Assembly (NCBI GenBank): GCA_028688055.1 | Contig: JAQTYZ010000002.1 | Span: forward strand, 4,256-68,255 | Source: Patescibacteria group bacterium | GTDB lineage: Bacteria > Patescibacteriota > Patescibacteriia > Buchananbacterales > UBA6539 | Length of the DNA: 64,000 bases | Direction of reading: 5' to 3' | In this document: positions 28,966 through 39,702 of the stretch, one piece after another | Layout of the letters: every line of letters starts with the position of its first letter | Position numbering within the stretch: the stretch's first letter is position 1 | The notes under the pieces: model-generated | The model's database searches: none | Told to the model about the DNA's origin: nothing | Seen by the model: the letters and a program-made list of their open reading frames with translations, nothing else | Program-made: the position numbers and the translations under genes

Positions 28966-31305
28966 CTACTGACGGACGACGCGTTCGGCTTCTTCCAATT
29001 TCAAACTGATTAATTTCGATATTCCTTCATCACCCATGGTCACCCCATATAAAATACTAGCCTGATGCATCGTGGCGCGATTGTGAGTAATAACAATAAA
29101 TTGCGTTTTGTGAGCCAGCTCGCGAACAATTTTGGCAAAACGCTGTGAGTTGGCTTCGTCCAAGGCCGCATCCACTTCGTCCAAAATCACAAATGGTGAT
29201 GGGTTATTATAAATGACCGCGCAAATCAAAGCAATCGAGGCCAATGATCGTTCACCGCCCGAAAGCATACTAATGGCTGAAACTTTTTTGCCCGGCGGTG
29301 TCGCAATAATATCAATGCCCGTGATTACTTTACCGGTACGCTTTTTCAAAAAACGTTTTGGCGACAATCTTTCTTCCGCTGCCTCAAGCGTTTTTAAAAT
29401 GCCTGGTTTAAATTCAGGCTCACTTTCAGTTTCAGCCTCAGCTTTACCACCGGTAACTGACTTAGGGTCCGCTTCATCTTTAATCAAAACCAATTCCGCC
29501 TTGCCACCATTAAACAAAATTTTGAAAAACTTAGTAAACTCGTGATTGATGTGTTTAAAGGAAGTGTCAAACTGCTGTTGAATTTGCTCATCAAGCTCAT
29601 TAATAACTTGCTCCAAGTCGTTAATTGATTTTCTGAGATCATCACCTTGCTCGGTCAAAAAATCAAATCGCTCTTTAGTCTGCTCGTACTCACCGACAAT
29701 TTCCGGGTCGACGCCGCCAATTAATTCCAACTGGTGCTTCAACTGATTAATTTCCGACCGCAGAGCCCCTTCGTCGATCTTCTCAACCGGATAATTTTTA
29801 AGCCACGCTAAGTCGCCGGTTTCCTGCCTAATTTCCGCTGACAAATCCTGCTGTCTGGTTTCCAAGCGCGCCATCTCAACGCGCAAACTCGAAATCTCAC
29901 TGGCCAACTTATTGTACTCTTCCTGCTTCACCGTAATCTGGCGCTGCAAATCAAAAAACTTTCCCTTTTTCTTTTCTTCGGCGGCATTAAAATTCTCAAT
30001 CGCGGTGCGCGCGGCAACCAACCGCTGGTCCACCCCCTCCAGATCAGCGGTTACCCCCTTGAGATCAACTAAAATTTCAGGATCAATCTCATTTTTAATT
30101 TCCGACTTAACTTTTGGATTCTCCAACTGTTCCACCAAATCTTTTAATAACCGGCCAATTTCTCTGGCATCTTCACGCGCCTGCGCCAACTCCGCGGCCG
30201 TACCAGCGACCAAATTTTTTGTTAAGCTAACCTCTAATAAATCAAGCTCTTTTAAACGGCGCAAAATCTCAGGCAAAGCCATCGGAACCGGTTTATCCGT
30301 TAAGCGCTGTTTGGCCAGCTCAATTTTATTTTGCAAAATTAATTGCTCCTCACGGAGCTTATTTTTTTCATCCAAAATTTTCTGGTGGGCTTGCTGTAAA
30401 TCATTAAAAACCTTACTGCGCGAATCCTGATTTTCTAGCGAGCGCAAGTGTGACTGCAAATCGTGAAGTTCTTTCGCCTTGACTAGCAGCTTACTTTCGC
30501 CGCTAACCAGCCTAGGTTTTACTTCCTTGGTTTTGCTTTCTAAATCGGCCCATAAAAAACCATAATATTTCCGTGAGGCTTCGGTTAATTCCGCCTCAAC
30601 TTTGGCGCGACGCTCCAACCGCTTTACCTGACGCGTGAGGGAATTCAACCGCGGCGTAATTTCGGTCAACAGCGCATCAACTTGCCGTAAATTATTCCAC
30701 GCATTTTCCAACTTATTAATTGATTGATCGCGCTTAAGCTGGAATTGCTTAACGCCAACGGCCTCGTCAAAATATTCTTTACGTTCATTGGGCGTTGCCA
30801 TAATCACCTGATCAATGGAGCCTTGCGATACAATCGAATAACTTTTTTGGCCAAAATTTGATTTTGCTAACAGCAATAATACATCTTGTAACCTGACTTT
30901 ACTTTTATTGATGATATATTCACTTTCGCCATTGCGATAAAGTTTGCGCGAAATCACCACTTCCTGAAAATCAACCGGCATCGCGCCATCCTCATTATTA
31001 ACATGCAGCGACACTTGGGCCATCCCTAACCTAGCTTTTTTGTCGGAGCCGGAAAAAATAACATCTTCGGATTTTTTTCCTCGCAAACTTTTCAAGCTCT
31101 GCTCGCCCAAGACCCAACGAATCGCGTCGACGATGTTCGACTTGCCTGAACCATTCGGTCCGACAATACAAGCAACACCGGCAATGACGCCATTGCCGGC
31201 GCTGGTTTGAGTCATTGGCCGGTCCGGCCGCGGAAACTCAAGCGTGACTTTTTGGGCAAATGATTTAAAGCCCTGAATTTCAATTTTTTGTAGAAACATA
31301 AACAA
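28966..31305 (-). CDS. smc: SMC-family chromosome segregation ATPase (short, 779 aa)
   Basis: N-terminal Walker [17 protein letters not shown]. Coiled-coil middle. C-terminal [13 protein letters not shown] signature and [10 protein letters not shown] Walker B. Confidence 0.8.
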   Translation of the reverse strand: MFMFLQKIEIQGFKSFAQKVTLEFPRPDRPMTQTSAGNGVIAGVACIVGPNGSGKSNIVDAIRWVLGEQSLKSLRGKKSEDVIFSGSDKKARLGMAQVSLHVNNEDGAMPVDFQEVVISRKLYRNGESEYIINKSKVRLQDVLLLLAKSNFGQKSYSIVSQGSIDQVIMATPNERKEYFDEAVGVKQFQLKRDQSINKLENAWNNLRQVDALLTEITPRLNSLTRQVKRLERRAKVEAELTEASRKYYGFLWADLESKTKEVKPRLVSGESKLLVKAKELHDLQSHLRSLENQDSRSKVFNDLQQAHQKILDEKNKLREEQLILQNKIELAKQRLTDKPVPMALPEILRRLKELDLLEVSLTKNLVAGTAAELAQAREDAREIGRLLKDLVEQLENPKVKSEIKNEIDPEILVDLKGVTADLEGVDQRLVAARTAIENFNAAEEKKKGKFFDLQRQITVKQEEYNKLASEISSLRVEMARLETRQQDLSAEIRQETGDLAWLKNYPVEKIDEGALRSEINQLKHQLELIGGVDPEIVGEYEQTKERFDFLTEQGDDLRKSINDLEQVINELDEQIQQQFDTSFKHINHEFTKFFKILFNGGKAELVLIKDEADPKSVTGGKAEAETESEPEFKPGILKTLEAAEERLSPKRFLKKRTGKVITGIDIIATPPGKKVSAISMLSGGERSLASIALICAVIYNNPSPFVILDEVDAALDEANSQRFAKIVRELAHKTQFIVITHNRATMHQASILYGVTMGDEGISKLISLKLEEAERVVRQ

Positions 31306-31495
31306 AAATATTGTATCACGCTAATTGACTAAAAACAATAATATTTATCGGACCGATTATCAAAGCTGCCCCATAAATTTCACTGCTGGCCGCCCTAATA
31401 CCAATGAAGGGCTATTTTATTGACAGTCCTTGTTTGATAAACTAGCATATACCTACTGGTTTATTTTGGGCCCAACCACTGGAGGAGAATGAACA

Positions 31496-32563
31496 TTGTC
31501 AACAAAAAAACTTGGCGGAGTTTTAACCGCCCTGGTAACGCCATTTGATGGCAAAGGCGGGGTTGATAGGGAAGCCCTGCGTCGGCTGATTGATTTTCAG
31601 CTTAAGCAAGGCGTTGATGGTCTGGTGCCAACCGGTACCACTGGCGAATCGCCAACGCTGACGTGGCCAGAACAGCTACAAGTTATCCAACTCACGCGGC
31701 AAAGCGCCGGCAACACCTTTGTCTTGGCCGGCACCGGTAGCAACTCCACCAAAGAAGCTTTGGACCACTCGCGCAAGGCCGTCGAGCTTGGCGTTGATGG
31801 AGTATTATCACTTGACGCGTACTATAACAAACCGGCTTCGTGGCAATTACTAGCTCTTCATCACTTGCCAATCGCGACTGCCGTCCACCAAGTAGCGCCG
31901 GGTATTCGTTATGTCCCGTACATTATTCCCGGGCGTACCGGCTGCCAACTGTTACCGCCGGACTTAGCCAAGCTGGCCGAATACTCGCCCAATGTCACGG
32001 CCGTCAAGGAAGCCACCGGTAACCTTGAAAATATGGTCCTAACCCGTCAACTGCTTGGGCTAGACTTTTTGGTTCTGAGCGGCGACGACAGCCTAACCGC
32101 AGCGATGATGACTTCAATGATGATCCGCGCTAATGGCGTAATCTCGGTTATGAGCAACCTCATTCCTGGCATCATGGTCAAAATGATCCGACTGCTTAGC
32201 GGGGCAAATGTTCTAGCGGGTGGTATTCTAGCCAAAACACTCGAGCCACTATTTAGCTGCGTGGGCATTGCCGCGCCGCGATCATTCGACGTCAATGGCC
32301 AAAGTTACACGGTAACAGACAAGTTCCCCAATCCGTGTGCGGTCAAAACCATGATGGCCGGTCTGGGTATGTGCTCGATTCACATGCGCCAACCGCTGGG
32401 ACTAATGACACCAGCAGCCGTCCTCATTTGCCGCGATACCCTGCGACAGCTTTGGCAGACGCTGCCCGAAGCGCTGACGCCGATCAACGATCACTTCGGT
32501 GTCGACGTGGAGGCGCGCCTTCACGACAATGCCATTTGGAAAAGTCTCGGCGCCAACATCTAG
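31496..32563 (+). CDS. DapA/NAL-family class I aldolase (dihydrodipicolinate synthase-like) with a C-terminal extension
   Basis: TPF...G, GTTGE and AVKEATGN (Schiff-base lysine) motifs. TTG start with a GGAGGAG SD. GC-rich. Confidence 0.7.
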   Translation: MSTKKLGGVLTALVTPFDGKGGVDREALRRLIDFQLKQGVDGLVPTGTTGESPTLTWPEQLQVIQLTRQSAGNTFVLAGTGSNSTKEALDHSRKAVELGVDGVLSLDAYYNKPASWQLLALHHLPIATAVHQVAPGIRYVPYIIPGRTGCQLLPPDLAKLAEYSPNVTAVKEATGNLENMVLTRQLLGLDFLVLSGDDSLTAAMMTSMMIRANGVISVMSNLIPGIMVKMIRLLSGANVLAGGILAKTLEPLFSCVGIAAPRSFDVNGQSYTVTDKFPNPCAVKTMMAGLGMCSIHMRQPLGLMTPAAVLICRDTLRQLWQTLPEALTPINDHFGVDVEARLHDNAIWKSLGANI

Positions 32564-32651
32564 CGCCATGGCGTAAACTCCAACAGCGCACTGCCGACCC
32601 CCGTCCCGGTGCGCTTTTTTTATCCCCAAGTATTAATGTTATAATGAATTT

Positions 32652-35375
32652 ATGTCCAAAACTGCCGAAAAATTTGTCGTGATCGATGGCAACGCTTTAA
32701 TTCATCGCGCCTGGCACGCCTTACCGCCCACGATGACGACCAAAGACGGTACGATGACCAATGCCGTTTATGGCTTCACCACGATTTTGCTTAAAGTTTT
32801 AAAAGACTTGAAGCCCGATTATCTCGCGGTCACTTTTGACCTCAAGGGTCCAACTTTTCGCCACCGACAATACGCCGCCTACAAGGCCACGCGCGTCAAA
32901 CAAGCTGATGAACTTTACGAACAATTTCCGCTGGTGAAAAAAGTGGTCCGCGCTTTTAATATCCCAATTTTTGAACTAGCGGGTTATGAAGCGGACGACG
33001 TTATTGCCACCTTAGTTCGTCATCCCGACGTTGAAAAAATAAAATCACTGATTGTCAGTGGTGACCTCGATACCCTGCAACTCGTTGACGACAACACCGA
33101 AGTTTATACCATGCAAAAAGGCATTGCCGATACTTTTATTTATAATACCGCTGAAGTTAAGCGCCGCTTTGACGGCCTGACGCCGGCCCAAATGGTTGAC
33201 TACAAAGCTTTGCGTGGCGATCCGTCAGACAATATTCCGGGGGTTAAAGGTATTGGCGAAAAGGGCGCGATTAATTTGCTTAAAGAATTTAAAACGCTGG
33301 AGAATCTTTACCAAAATATTAACTCAAAAAAAATCTCGGAGCGCAATCGCCAACTACTAATCGAACACCAACCAGAGGCCACCATGTCCAAACAGCTAGC
33401 CCAAATGGACAATCACGCTCCGATCAAATTTTCCTTAGACGAGACTAAAATTAAACCTTACGATTTAGACCAAGTTGTCACGTTATTTCGCGAACTTGAA
33501 TTCAAATCCCTAATCGCCAAGTTGCCCAAGGAAACGCCTGACCGCGAACAACAGGGCGTCTTTCAATTTGGCCCGGCTGAACGTAAAATTAAAGCTACTG
33601 ATGTCGACTACCAACTCATTAAAAACAATGCCGACTTCAAAAAATTTCTGGCTGAACTGAAAAAACAAAAAATCTTTGTTTTAGATACGGAGACTTCCAG
33701 CTTAGATCAATTTTCCGCCGAACTGCTCGGCATCAGTTTTTGTTGGCAGCACGGCCAGGCTTTTTATTTACCGGCCAAACCGGAATGGCTGGAGCAAATC
33801 AGAACAATTTTGGAAAACGACCAGCTTAAAAAAGCCGGACACAATATCAAGTTTGACCTTGAAGCCATCAACACGGCCGGCGTGGAAGTTAAAGGCGTTT
33901 GGTTTGACACGATGATTGCTTCCTATTTGGTTAATCCCGGTAGCCGCCAACATAACCTCGACGGCGTAGTATTTTCTGAACTTGGCTATCAAATGCAGCC
34001 CATTGAAGACTTAATTGGTAAAGGCAAAAATCAAATTTCCCTCAAAGCTGTTGACGTCCAAAGAGTCAGTGACTACTCCTGTGAAGACGCCGATTTTACT
34101 TGGCGCTTAATTAAACCGCTCACCAAAGAACTGGTTGAAAAAAATAATTTAGGGCTACTGGAAAAAATTGAAGTGCCCCTAATTTCGGTTTTGGCCCAAA
34201 TGGAAACCACTGGTATTTTAATTGACACCAAATTTCTTAACCGTATGGCCAAACAAGTTGGGGTTGAGCTTAACGACCTCGAAGACACTATTTATAAAAT
34301 TTCTAAAACGACTTTTAACATCGCTTCACCGTTACAATTAAAAGAGGTGCTGTTTACTAAATTAAAAATTTCAACGCAAGGGTTGGGCCGTACCAAAACC
34401 GGCGTTTCCACCGCCGCCGGTGAACTGGAAAAACTTAAAGGCCAACACGAAATTATTGATCACCTCATCAGGTTCCGCGAGTTAGCAAAATTAAAATCAA
34501 CTTACTTGGACGCCTTGCCAAAATTAGTTGATCAAACCGGTCGCATTCATACCAGCTACAACCAAACCGTGGCCGCGACCGGTCGCCTATCTTCATCGGA
34601 CCCAAATTTACAAAATATTCCCATTCGCACTGAGCTGGGACAAAAAATCCGTCAGGCTTTTATTGCGCCCAACGGCTACAGTATTTTATCAGCCGACTAT
34701 TCTCAAATTGAGTTACGCATTATCGCGTCACTGGCCAATGATAAAAAAATGATTGCCAGTTTTGAAAAAGGTGAGGATATCCATTCACGCACCGCGTCGG
34801 AAATCAACAACGTGCCGCTGGACCAAGTCACCAAAGAAATGCGGTACGCCGCCAAAGCTGTCAACTTTGGTATTATCTACGGCCAAGGCGCTTGGGGCTT
34901 AGCCGAAGGCACGGGGATTACCAGACAAAAAGCGATGGATTTTATCGACCGCTATTTTGAGATTCACAGTGCCATTAAAAAATATTTAGACGGCGTTAAA
35001 GATTTAGCGCGCGCCAATGGTTACGTTGAAACTTTTTTCGGCCGTCGACGCTATTTGCCTGAAATCAATTCTTCAATGCAACCAGTACGCGCCGCGGCGG
35101 AGCGCGCGGCCATCAATCACCCAATTCAGGGAACAGCCGCGGACTTGATTAAATTAGCGATGATTGAAATTTATCAAGACTTACCAAAATTTTCGCCCGC
35201 CACCAAAATGTTGCTGCAAGTTCACGACGAATTGGTGTTTGAAGTACCCAATAATGAAATAACCAAGGTGGCAAAATTTGTCGCGGACTATATGGAAAAA
35301 ATTTATAAGCTACGAGCGCCGGTTGAAACCCACGTTTCCGTTGGTCCAAATTGGGGCGAACTAAAGCCGCTTTAA
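32652..35375 (+). CDS. polA: DNA polymerase I
   Basis: 5'-3' exonuclease N-terminus, 3'-5' exonuclease domain, pol motifs RRAAKAVNFGIIYG and QVHDELVFE. Confidence 0.95.
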   Translation: MSKTAEKFVVIDGNALIHRAWHALPPTMTTKDGTMTNAVYGFTTILLKVLKDLKPDYLAVTFDLKGPTFRHRQYAAYKATRVKQADELYEQFPLVKKVVRAFNIPIFELAGYEADDVIATLVRHPDVEKIKSLIVSGDLDTLQLVDDNTEVYTMQKGIADTFIYNTAEVKRRFDGLTPAQMVDYKALRGDPSDNIPGVKGIGEKGAINLLKEFKTLENLYQNINSKKISERNRQLLIEHQPEATMSKQLAQMDNHAPIKFSLDETKIKPYDLDQVVTLFRELEFKSLIAKLPKETPDREQQGVFQFGPAERKIKATDVDYQLIKNNADFKKFLAELKKQKIFVLDTETSSLDQFSAELLGISFCWQHGQAFYLPAKPEWLEQIRTILENDQLKKAGHNIKFDLEAINTAGVEVKGVWFDTMIASYLVNPGSRQHNLDGVVFSELGYQMQPIEDLIGKGKNQISLKAVDVQRVSDYSCEDADFTWRLIKPLTKELVEKNNLGLLEKIEVPLISVLAQMETTGILIDTKFLNRMAKQVGVELNDLEDTIYKISKTTFNIASPLQLKEVLFTKLKISTQGLGRTKTGVSTAAGELEKLKGQHEIIDHLIRFRELAKLKSTYLDALPKLVDQTGRIHTSYNQTVAATGRLSSSDPNLQNIPIRTELGQKIRQAFIAPNGYSILSADYSQIELRIIASLANDKKMIASFEKGEDIHSRTASEINNVPLDQVTKEMRYAAKAVNFGIIYGQGAWGLAEGTGITRQKAMDFIDRYFEIHSAIKKYLDGVKDLARANGYVETFFGRRRYLPEINSSMQPVRAAAERAAINHPIQGTAADLIKLAMIEIYQDLPKFSPATKMLLQVHDELVFEVPNNEITKVAKFVADYMEKIYKLRAPVETHVSVGPNWGELKPL

Positions 35376-35417
35376 GCTTAAGCCGCAATAATCAAGCCAT
35401 TTAGTGGCTTTTTATTA

Positions 35418-35446
35418 TTGACAAAAATAGCAAAATCTGCTATTAT
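35418..35446 (+). promoter_or_regulatory. perfect consensus sigma70 promoter
   Basis: TTGACA, 17 nt spacer, TATTAT. Confidence 0.6.
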
Positions 35447-35649
35447 TTAAAATCGCCCTTTAATAACCAATCAATTTGCTAGTTGCCATTTGGGCCGAAA
35501 ATCAGAAATCATTTTAAGGCATAATCTTGTTAGATCAGCCGTTTTTCGGTCGAAATGGCAACTAGCTGTACTAGTGGCCAGCTTTGATTTGTGGCTTCAT
35601 AGTGAAGACACAACCTTCCCGAATAATAGTAGGGGAAAAGGAGCATCTC
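35447..35649 (+). promoter_or_regulatory. ~200-nt structured leader or possible ncRNA with a long imperfect inverted repeat
   Basis: gctagttgccatttgggccgaaaa ... ttttcggtcgaaatggcaactagc forms a ~24-bp stem. The segment is followed by the SD (aggggaaaaggag) and a GTG start. Confidence 0.35.
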
Positions 35650-36942
35650 GTGAGCGCCAAAAAAATCCACACAGTAGTCACCCGTTACGCGAACTCAAGT
35701 TTGGAGGGCCCCGCCCTGGCAGCCCTGTTGGCCCAAGGTCGAAACATCCCCAACGCGCTTGGTTTCTCCAAGAGCGTGGAGTTTCAGTTTAAGAGCACGG
35801 CGAGACTGAGAATCGCTTGGCCGCCACCAACCGCCGCGGAGTTCAAACGCATTCGCGACAGGCAACGCGCCAGCGGCACGATCTTGTTTAACGTCGGCGA
35901 CGAATACGGCTGCGGTCATTACGACCACCACGGCGACCCGACTACCGCTTCACTGACCTCGCTAGACCGCCTCTGGGTCAACAATGGAGTCGTCGAAGAA
36001 GGCTATTCACACCTAGTTGATCCGTTGTTGGCGATTTCCGGCAACGATGCCTTCGCCAACGCCTTGTCACCCGACAAGGACAACTTGCGTCGACTGATGC
36101 AGGCAATGGCCGTAAGCCACCCGCAAGACTGGAACTTCCAGCATGGGTGGTTGGACATGGCCATCCGAGGCGTCTTTGCCCAACACAAGGCGACTGGCGA
36201 GCTCAATAACGCCTTCTCAATGGCTGGCATCCTACAGGGACTCGCGGTTGATCACCCTACGGTTGTCAACGACCTCGAGTCGATCTGGCAGACTGGCGTT
36301 GAAGCGCTGTTAAAAGATCGGAAGACTGCCAGGGAGGATGTCAAGCAGGCGATGAAACGCGGGCAATTCGCCTGGATTTCTCATCCCGCGCTGTCACCGA
36401 AGCTGATCTGTCGTAACGGCCAAACCTGGTCCTACGGCGGTAAGCTGAAGGTAGTCTGGGTTCGCTCCGATGCCGTCAACGCAGCCAAGGTCTGCCGCGA
36501 CAAGTGGAACGGGGGTGACGCGGACATTGCCATCATCCTCCGCAGCACCGGACACTACCAGGTATTCCAACGCATTACGTTGGAGCATGCCCTGCCGGAA
36601 ATCGGAGCCAAGGAACCCGGGAAAATATTGGCCAAATACAAGCTAACGCTCGGGCCGCTCGCTCGGGCCTTACGGCTCGCCGAAGCCAACCTGGTCACCC
36701 CACGGCGTATCTTGATTCAAGACATGGACTGGACCAACGACGCGGCCGTTTACGACACCGACGGGAACATCGTTCCATGGTATCTCGGCTGCAATCAAAC
36801 GTTGCTGGTTGGCAACACACTGTCGTCGCCGGACATGCCGCCAAGTGTGATCCGCCACGATAAGGTCGTCGACCTGATCTGTGATAATCTCCCCAATTGT
36901 GGGGTAATCACTCAGGACAATGAGACCGACGACTGGTCGTAA
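35650..36942 (+). CDS. hypothetical protein of ~430 aa, GC-rich orphan
   Basis: A GTG start with a good SD is favoured over the track's upstream ATG. Contains GCGHYDHHGD. No family recognised. Confidence 0.5.
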   Translation: MSAKKIHTVVTRYANSSLEGPALAALLAQGRNIPNALGFSKSVEFQFKSTARLRIAWPPPTAAEFKRIRDRQRASGTILFNVGDEYGCGHYDHHGDPTTASLTSLDRLWVNNGVVEEGYSHLVDPLLAISGNDAFANALSPDKDNLRRLMQAMAVSHPQDWNFQHGWLDMAIRGVFAQHKATGELNNAFSMAGILQGLAVDHPTVVNDLESIWQTGVEALLKDRKTAREDVKQAMKRGQFAWISHPALSPKLICRNGQTWSYGGKLKVVWVRSDAVNAAKVCRDKWNGGDADIAIILRSTGHYQVFQRITLEHALPEIGAKEPGKILAKYKLTLGPLARALRLAEANLVTPRRILIQDMDWTNDAAVYDTDGNIVPWYLGCNQTLLVGNTLSSPDMPPSVIRHDKVVDLICDNLPNCGVITQDNETDDWS

Positions 36943-37041
36943 AGCCAGAACTAGTACACCTCATCGGGCGCCCGAATCCAAAAAAAAGGATTTTCGGGCG
37001 CTCTTCATTTTATCCAAATTTTTTGCTAAGCTAAGTCCACT

Positions 37042-38031
37042 ATGATTTTCTTCCTCGCTGGCCCTGACACCTTTCGCTCGCGTCGCAAGCTAGCGGAAAT
37101 TCGTCAAAAATTTATTACTGAGATTGACCAGTCGGCCATTAATATTGAAGCTCTTAACGGCGAGCTACTGGAAGTTAACACTTTTTCCAACGCGGTTTTT
37201 ACGCCGCCGTTTTTGGCCAAGAAACGGCTGATTATTGTTGAAAATTTATTAGGCAAAAATAAAACGGCCAAAACCGAAACGGAAATTTTTGAAATTATCA
37301 ATGGCCATAAGCTAGACGATGTCATCATTGTTTTTTGGGAAGGGGAGCTGGCCGGTAAAAAAATTACCAAAAAAAAATCTACCCGCAAACATAGCGGACA
37401 ACTACTGGCCAGACTTAAACAAGAAAAATACGCCATTGACTTCCCGCTGCTTAATTCAGCGGCGGTCGTTAAATTCGCGAGTGCTGAATTTGCTCGAAAA
37501 AAAGTGGCCATTGAGGCGGCGGCCATCAAACTCTTAACCGATCTAACCGGCAATGACTTGTGGCAATTAAATTCAGAGATTGAAAAACTAACCGCCTTTG
37601 CTCAAGGCAAATCAATTACCGCCGCTATGGTCAGTGAACTGGTTTTAACCAAACTTGATGACGATATTTTTAAATTAACCGATGCCATTGCCCAACAACA
37701 GAAACCACTGGCCATCAAATTGATTTCGGATCAGCTACAAGCCGGCACCATGCCGACTGAACTGCTGGCCAAAATTACCTGGCAATTTCGTAATTTACTA
37801 TTGGTCCGAGGCTTTATTGAAGCCAACGGCGGCGGTTATCCGGCCAGCCGCGTCGCTTATCAATTAGGCCTACATCCCTTTGTCTTAAGTAAAACATCAC
37901 AGCAGGTCAAAAACTTTTCCTTGGCCGACTTAAAAAATAAGTACCAAAACCTACTGGCCATTGACCACAAAATCAAAACAAGCCAAGCTGACCCTGAGGT
38001 TTTACTTGACTTGCTAGTGATAAAAAACTAA
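37042..38031 (+). CDS. holA: DNA polymerase III delta subunit
   Basis: N-terminus MIFFLAGPDTF...KLAEI is like HolA. Conserved holA-rpsT neighbourhood. Confidence 0.6.
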   Translation: MIFFLAGPDTFRSRRKLAEIRQKFITEIDQSAINIEALNGELLEVNTFSNAVFTPPFLAKKRLIIVENLLGKNKTAKTETEIFEIINGHKLDDVIIVFWEGELAGKKITKKKSTRKHSGQLLARLKQEKYAIDFPLLNSAAVVKFASAEFARKKVAIEAAAIKLLTDLTGNDLWQLNSEIEKLTAFAQGKSITAAMVSELVLTKLDDDIFKLTDAIAQQQKPLAIKLISDQLQAGTMPTELLAKITWQFRNLLLVRGFIEANGGGYPASRVAYQLGLHPFVLSKTSQQVKNFSLADLKNKYQNLLAIDHKIKTSQADPEVLLDLLVIKN

Positions 38032-38032
38032 C

Positions 38033-38302
38033 TTATTTTTTGGCAATTGACTTGACTAGCTTATGCAACCGTGACTTCTTGCGCGCGGCGGTATTTTTTT
38101 TAATAATTCCTTTTTGCGCCGATCGATCAAGTTTCTTAATCGCTTCACCCAACCACTCAGCGGCCTTGGCGGCGTCTTTGGCAGCTACGGTCTTATTCAC
38201 TTTACGGACTAAAGCGGCAACATCACTTTTAATCTTCGCGTTGGCGTGCGCTTTCTTTTGGCTCTGGCGCAGAGCCTTCATTGCTGATTTTTTTATAGGC
38301 AT
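38033..38302 (-). CDS. rpsT: 30S ribosomal protein S20
   Basis: MPIKKSAMKALRQSQKKAHANAKIKS... Confidence 0.9.
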   Translation of the reverse strand: MPIKKSAMKALRQSQKKAHANAKIKSDVAALVRKVNKTVAAKDAAKAAEWLGEAIKKLDRSAQKGIIKKNTAARKKSRLHKLVKSIAKK

Positions 38303-38432
38303 AGTTTTTATTCATTGTTAACAAAAAAAAGATAACATAATTATTATAAAAAGGCAAGCTGAGACCGAATTGACAGCGAGACCTAAAAAGCTTAATCTTA
38401 GAGGGTAAAATACTTAATTTTGATCAAACAAT

Positions 38433-38858
38433 ATGTTTAAAAAAGAAGATGGGAATGAAGTTGAAACAGTCATCGGGCCCTCCGTCCAAGTTGAAGGAAA
38501 TTTTGTGGCCAACGGCGATGTTATTATTGAAGGTATCGTCTCGGGTAGTATCAAAACGGAAAAAAATCTTCACATTGGCGCCGAGGCTAAAATCTTTGCC
38601 GATGTTTACGCCGCCAACGCTGTTATTGCCGGCGAGGTACAGGGCAACATCAAAGTTAAAGACGGCCTGGAGCTGACCAATACCGCCAAAATATTCGGCG
38701 ACATTAAAGCTCAGGTCTTAACCATCAATGCTGGTGCCGTTTTACACGGTAAGTGCGACAGTGGTGACGAGCGAAAGTCAAAATTGGAAAAAATTGAAGA
38801 GCGTGAAAAAAATAAAGCCAAAGAAACGGCTCAGCCAATGGCCGAAAAAATTAAATAG
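38433..38858 (+). CDS. bactofilin
   Basis: Repetitive beta-helical I/V-rich core with a K/E-rich tail (DUF583 pattern). Confidence 0.75.
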   Translation: MFKKEDGNEVETVIGPSVQVEGNFVANGDVIIEGIVSGSIKTEKNLHIGAEAKIFADVYAANAVIAGEVQGNIKVKDGLELTNTAKIFGDIKAQVLTINAGAVLHGKCDSGDERKSKLEKIEEREKNKAKETAQPMAEKIK

Positions 38859-38872
38859 CGTGAGCTAAAACT

Positions 38873-39652
38873 TTGGTTATGTATCTCTATTTGTACGACT
38901 CATTTTTAAATGACAAAAAATATTCCAGCCTGCTGGCAAAAATTGAAACGAGGCTGACCGATTTAGGTATCGGTGGAAAAATATTTCGTCTCTCACCGTT
39001 GCGTAATGTCTCGGAACTAATCAACGATGAAGCACGCGCCGGCGCCCAAACTATTGTGGTGGTTGGTAACGACAAAACCTTTACCCAAATCATCAACCTA
39101 GCGGCTAAAATTGATATTACCATTGGCATTATCCCCGTTGGCCCCGATAATAAAATTGCCACCGCGCTGGGCATTAATTCTCCGGAAAATGGTTGCGCGG
39201 TTTTAGCCTCCCGCACGATCGAAAAAATCGATTTAGGTAAAGCCAATGGAACGTATTTTTTATCCAGCCTGACGCTCTCGCCGGGTAATGTCACCATCGA
39301 ATGTGAAGATCAATTTAAAATTACCCCACCACCCCAGCAACAAATCAGCATTTGCAACTTAAAACCGGCCACCGCCAACGGCTTTGGAACCACCAGCTAC
39401 TTCAACCCTAAAGACGGCTTATTGGAAATTTTAATCCAGCCGCTGACGCCTTTGGTTAGAGGCCTGGGCCAGCTATTTCGCCGCTCCAACAGCCAAAACC
39501 ACAGCATTATTCCCTTTAAGAAAATTGCCATTAGAAGTCGGGGGTCAATCAGTATTTTAACCGACGGCCAAAGAATTTTAAAGACGCCTGTTGAAATCGA
39601 AATCGCGCCAAAAAAATTAAAAATCATTGTCGGCAAAGATCGAATTTTCTAA
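38873..39652 (+). CDS. DAGK_cat/NAD-kinase-fold protein with a degenerate GGDGT motif (GNDKT)
   Basis: IVVVGNDKTFTQIIN...IGIIPVGPDNKIATALGI. Confidence 0.4.
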   Translation: MVMYLYLYDSFLNDKKYSSLLAKIETRLTDLGIGGKIFRLSPLRNVSELINDEARAGAQTIVVVGNDKTFTQIINLAAKIDITIGIIPVGPDNKIATALGINSPENGCAVLASRTIEKIDLGKANGTYFLSSLTLSPGNVTIECEDQFKITPPPQQQISICNLKPATANGFGTTSYFNPKDGLLEILIQPLTPLVRGLGQLFRRSNSQNHSIIPFKKIAIRSRGSISILTDGQRILKTPVEIEIAPKKLKIIVGKDRIF

Positions 39653-39654
39653 AC

Positions 39655-39692
39655 AAAAAACTGCCTCCAAAAAGCTGAGGGCGGTTTTTTTG
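39655..39692. terminator. bidirectional terminator between convergent genes
   Basis: A6-ctgcctc...gagggcgg-T7. Confidence 0.6.
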
Positions 39693-39702
39693 TTTGCTAA
39701 AA

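Noticed and set aside
29213-30430. 110-aa and 172-aa plus-strand ORFs
   Set aside because: Antisense to the smc-like gene. S/A-rich mirror-frame products.
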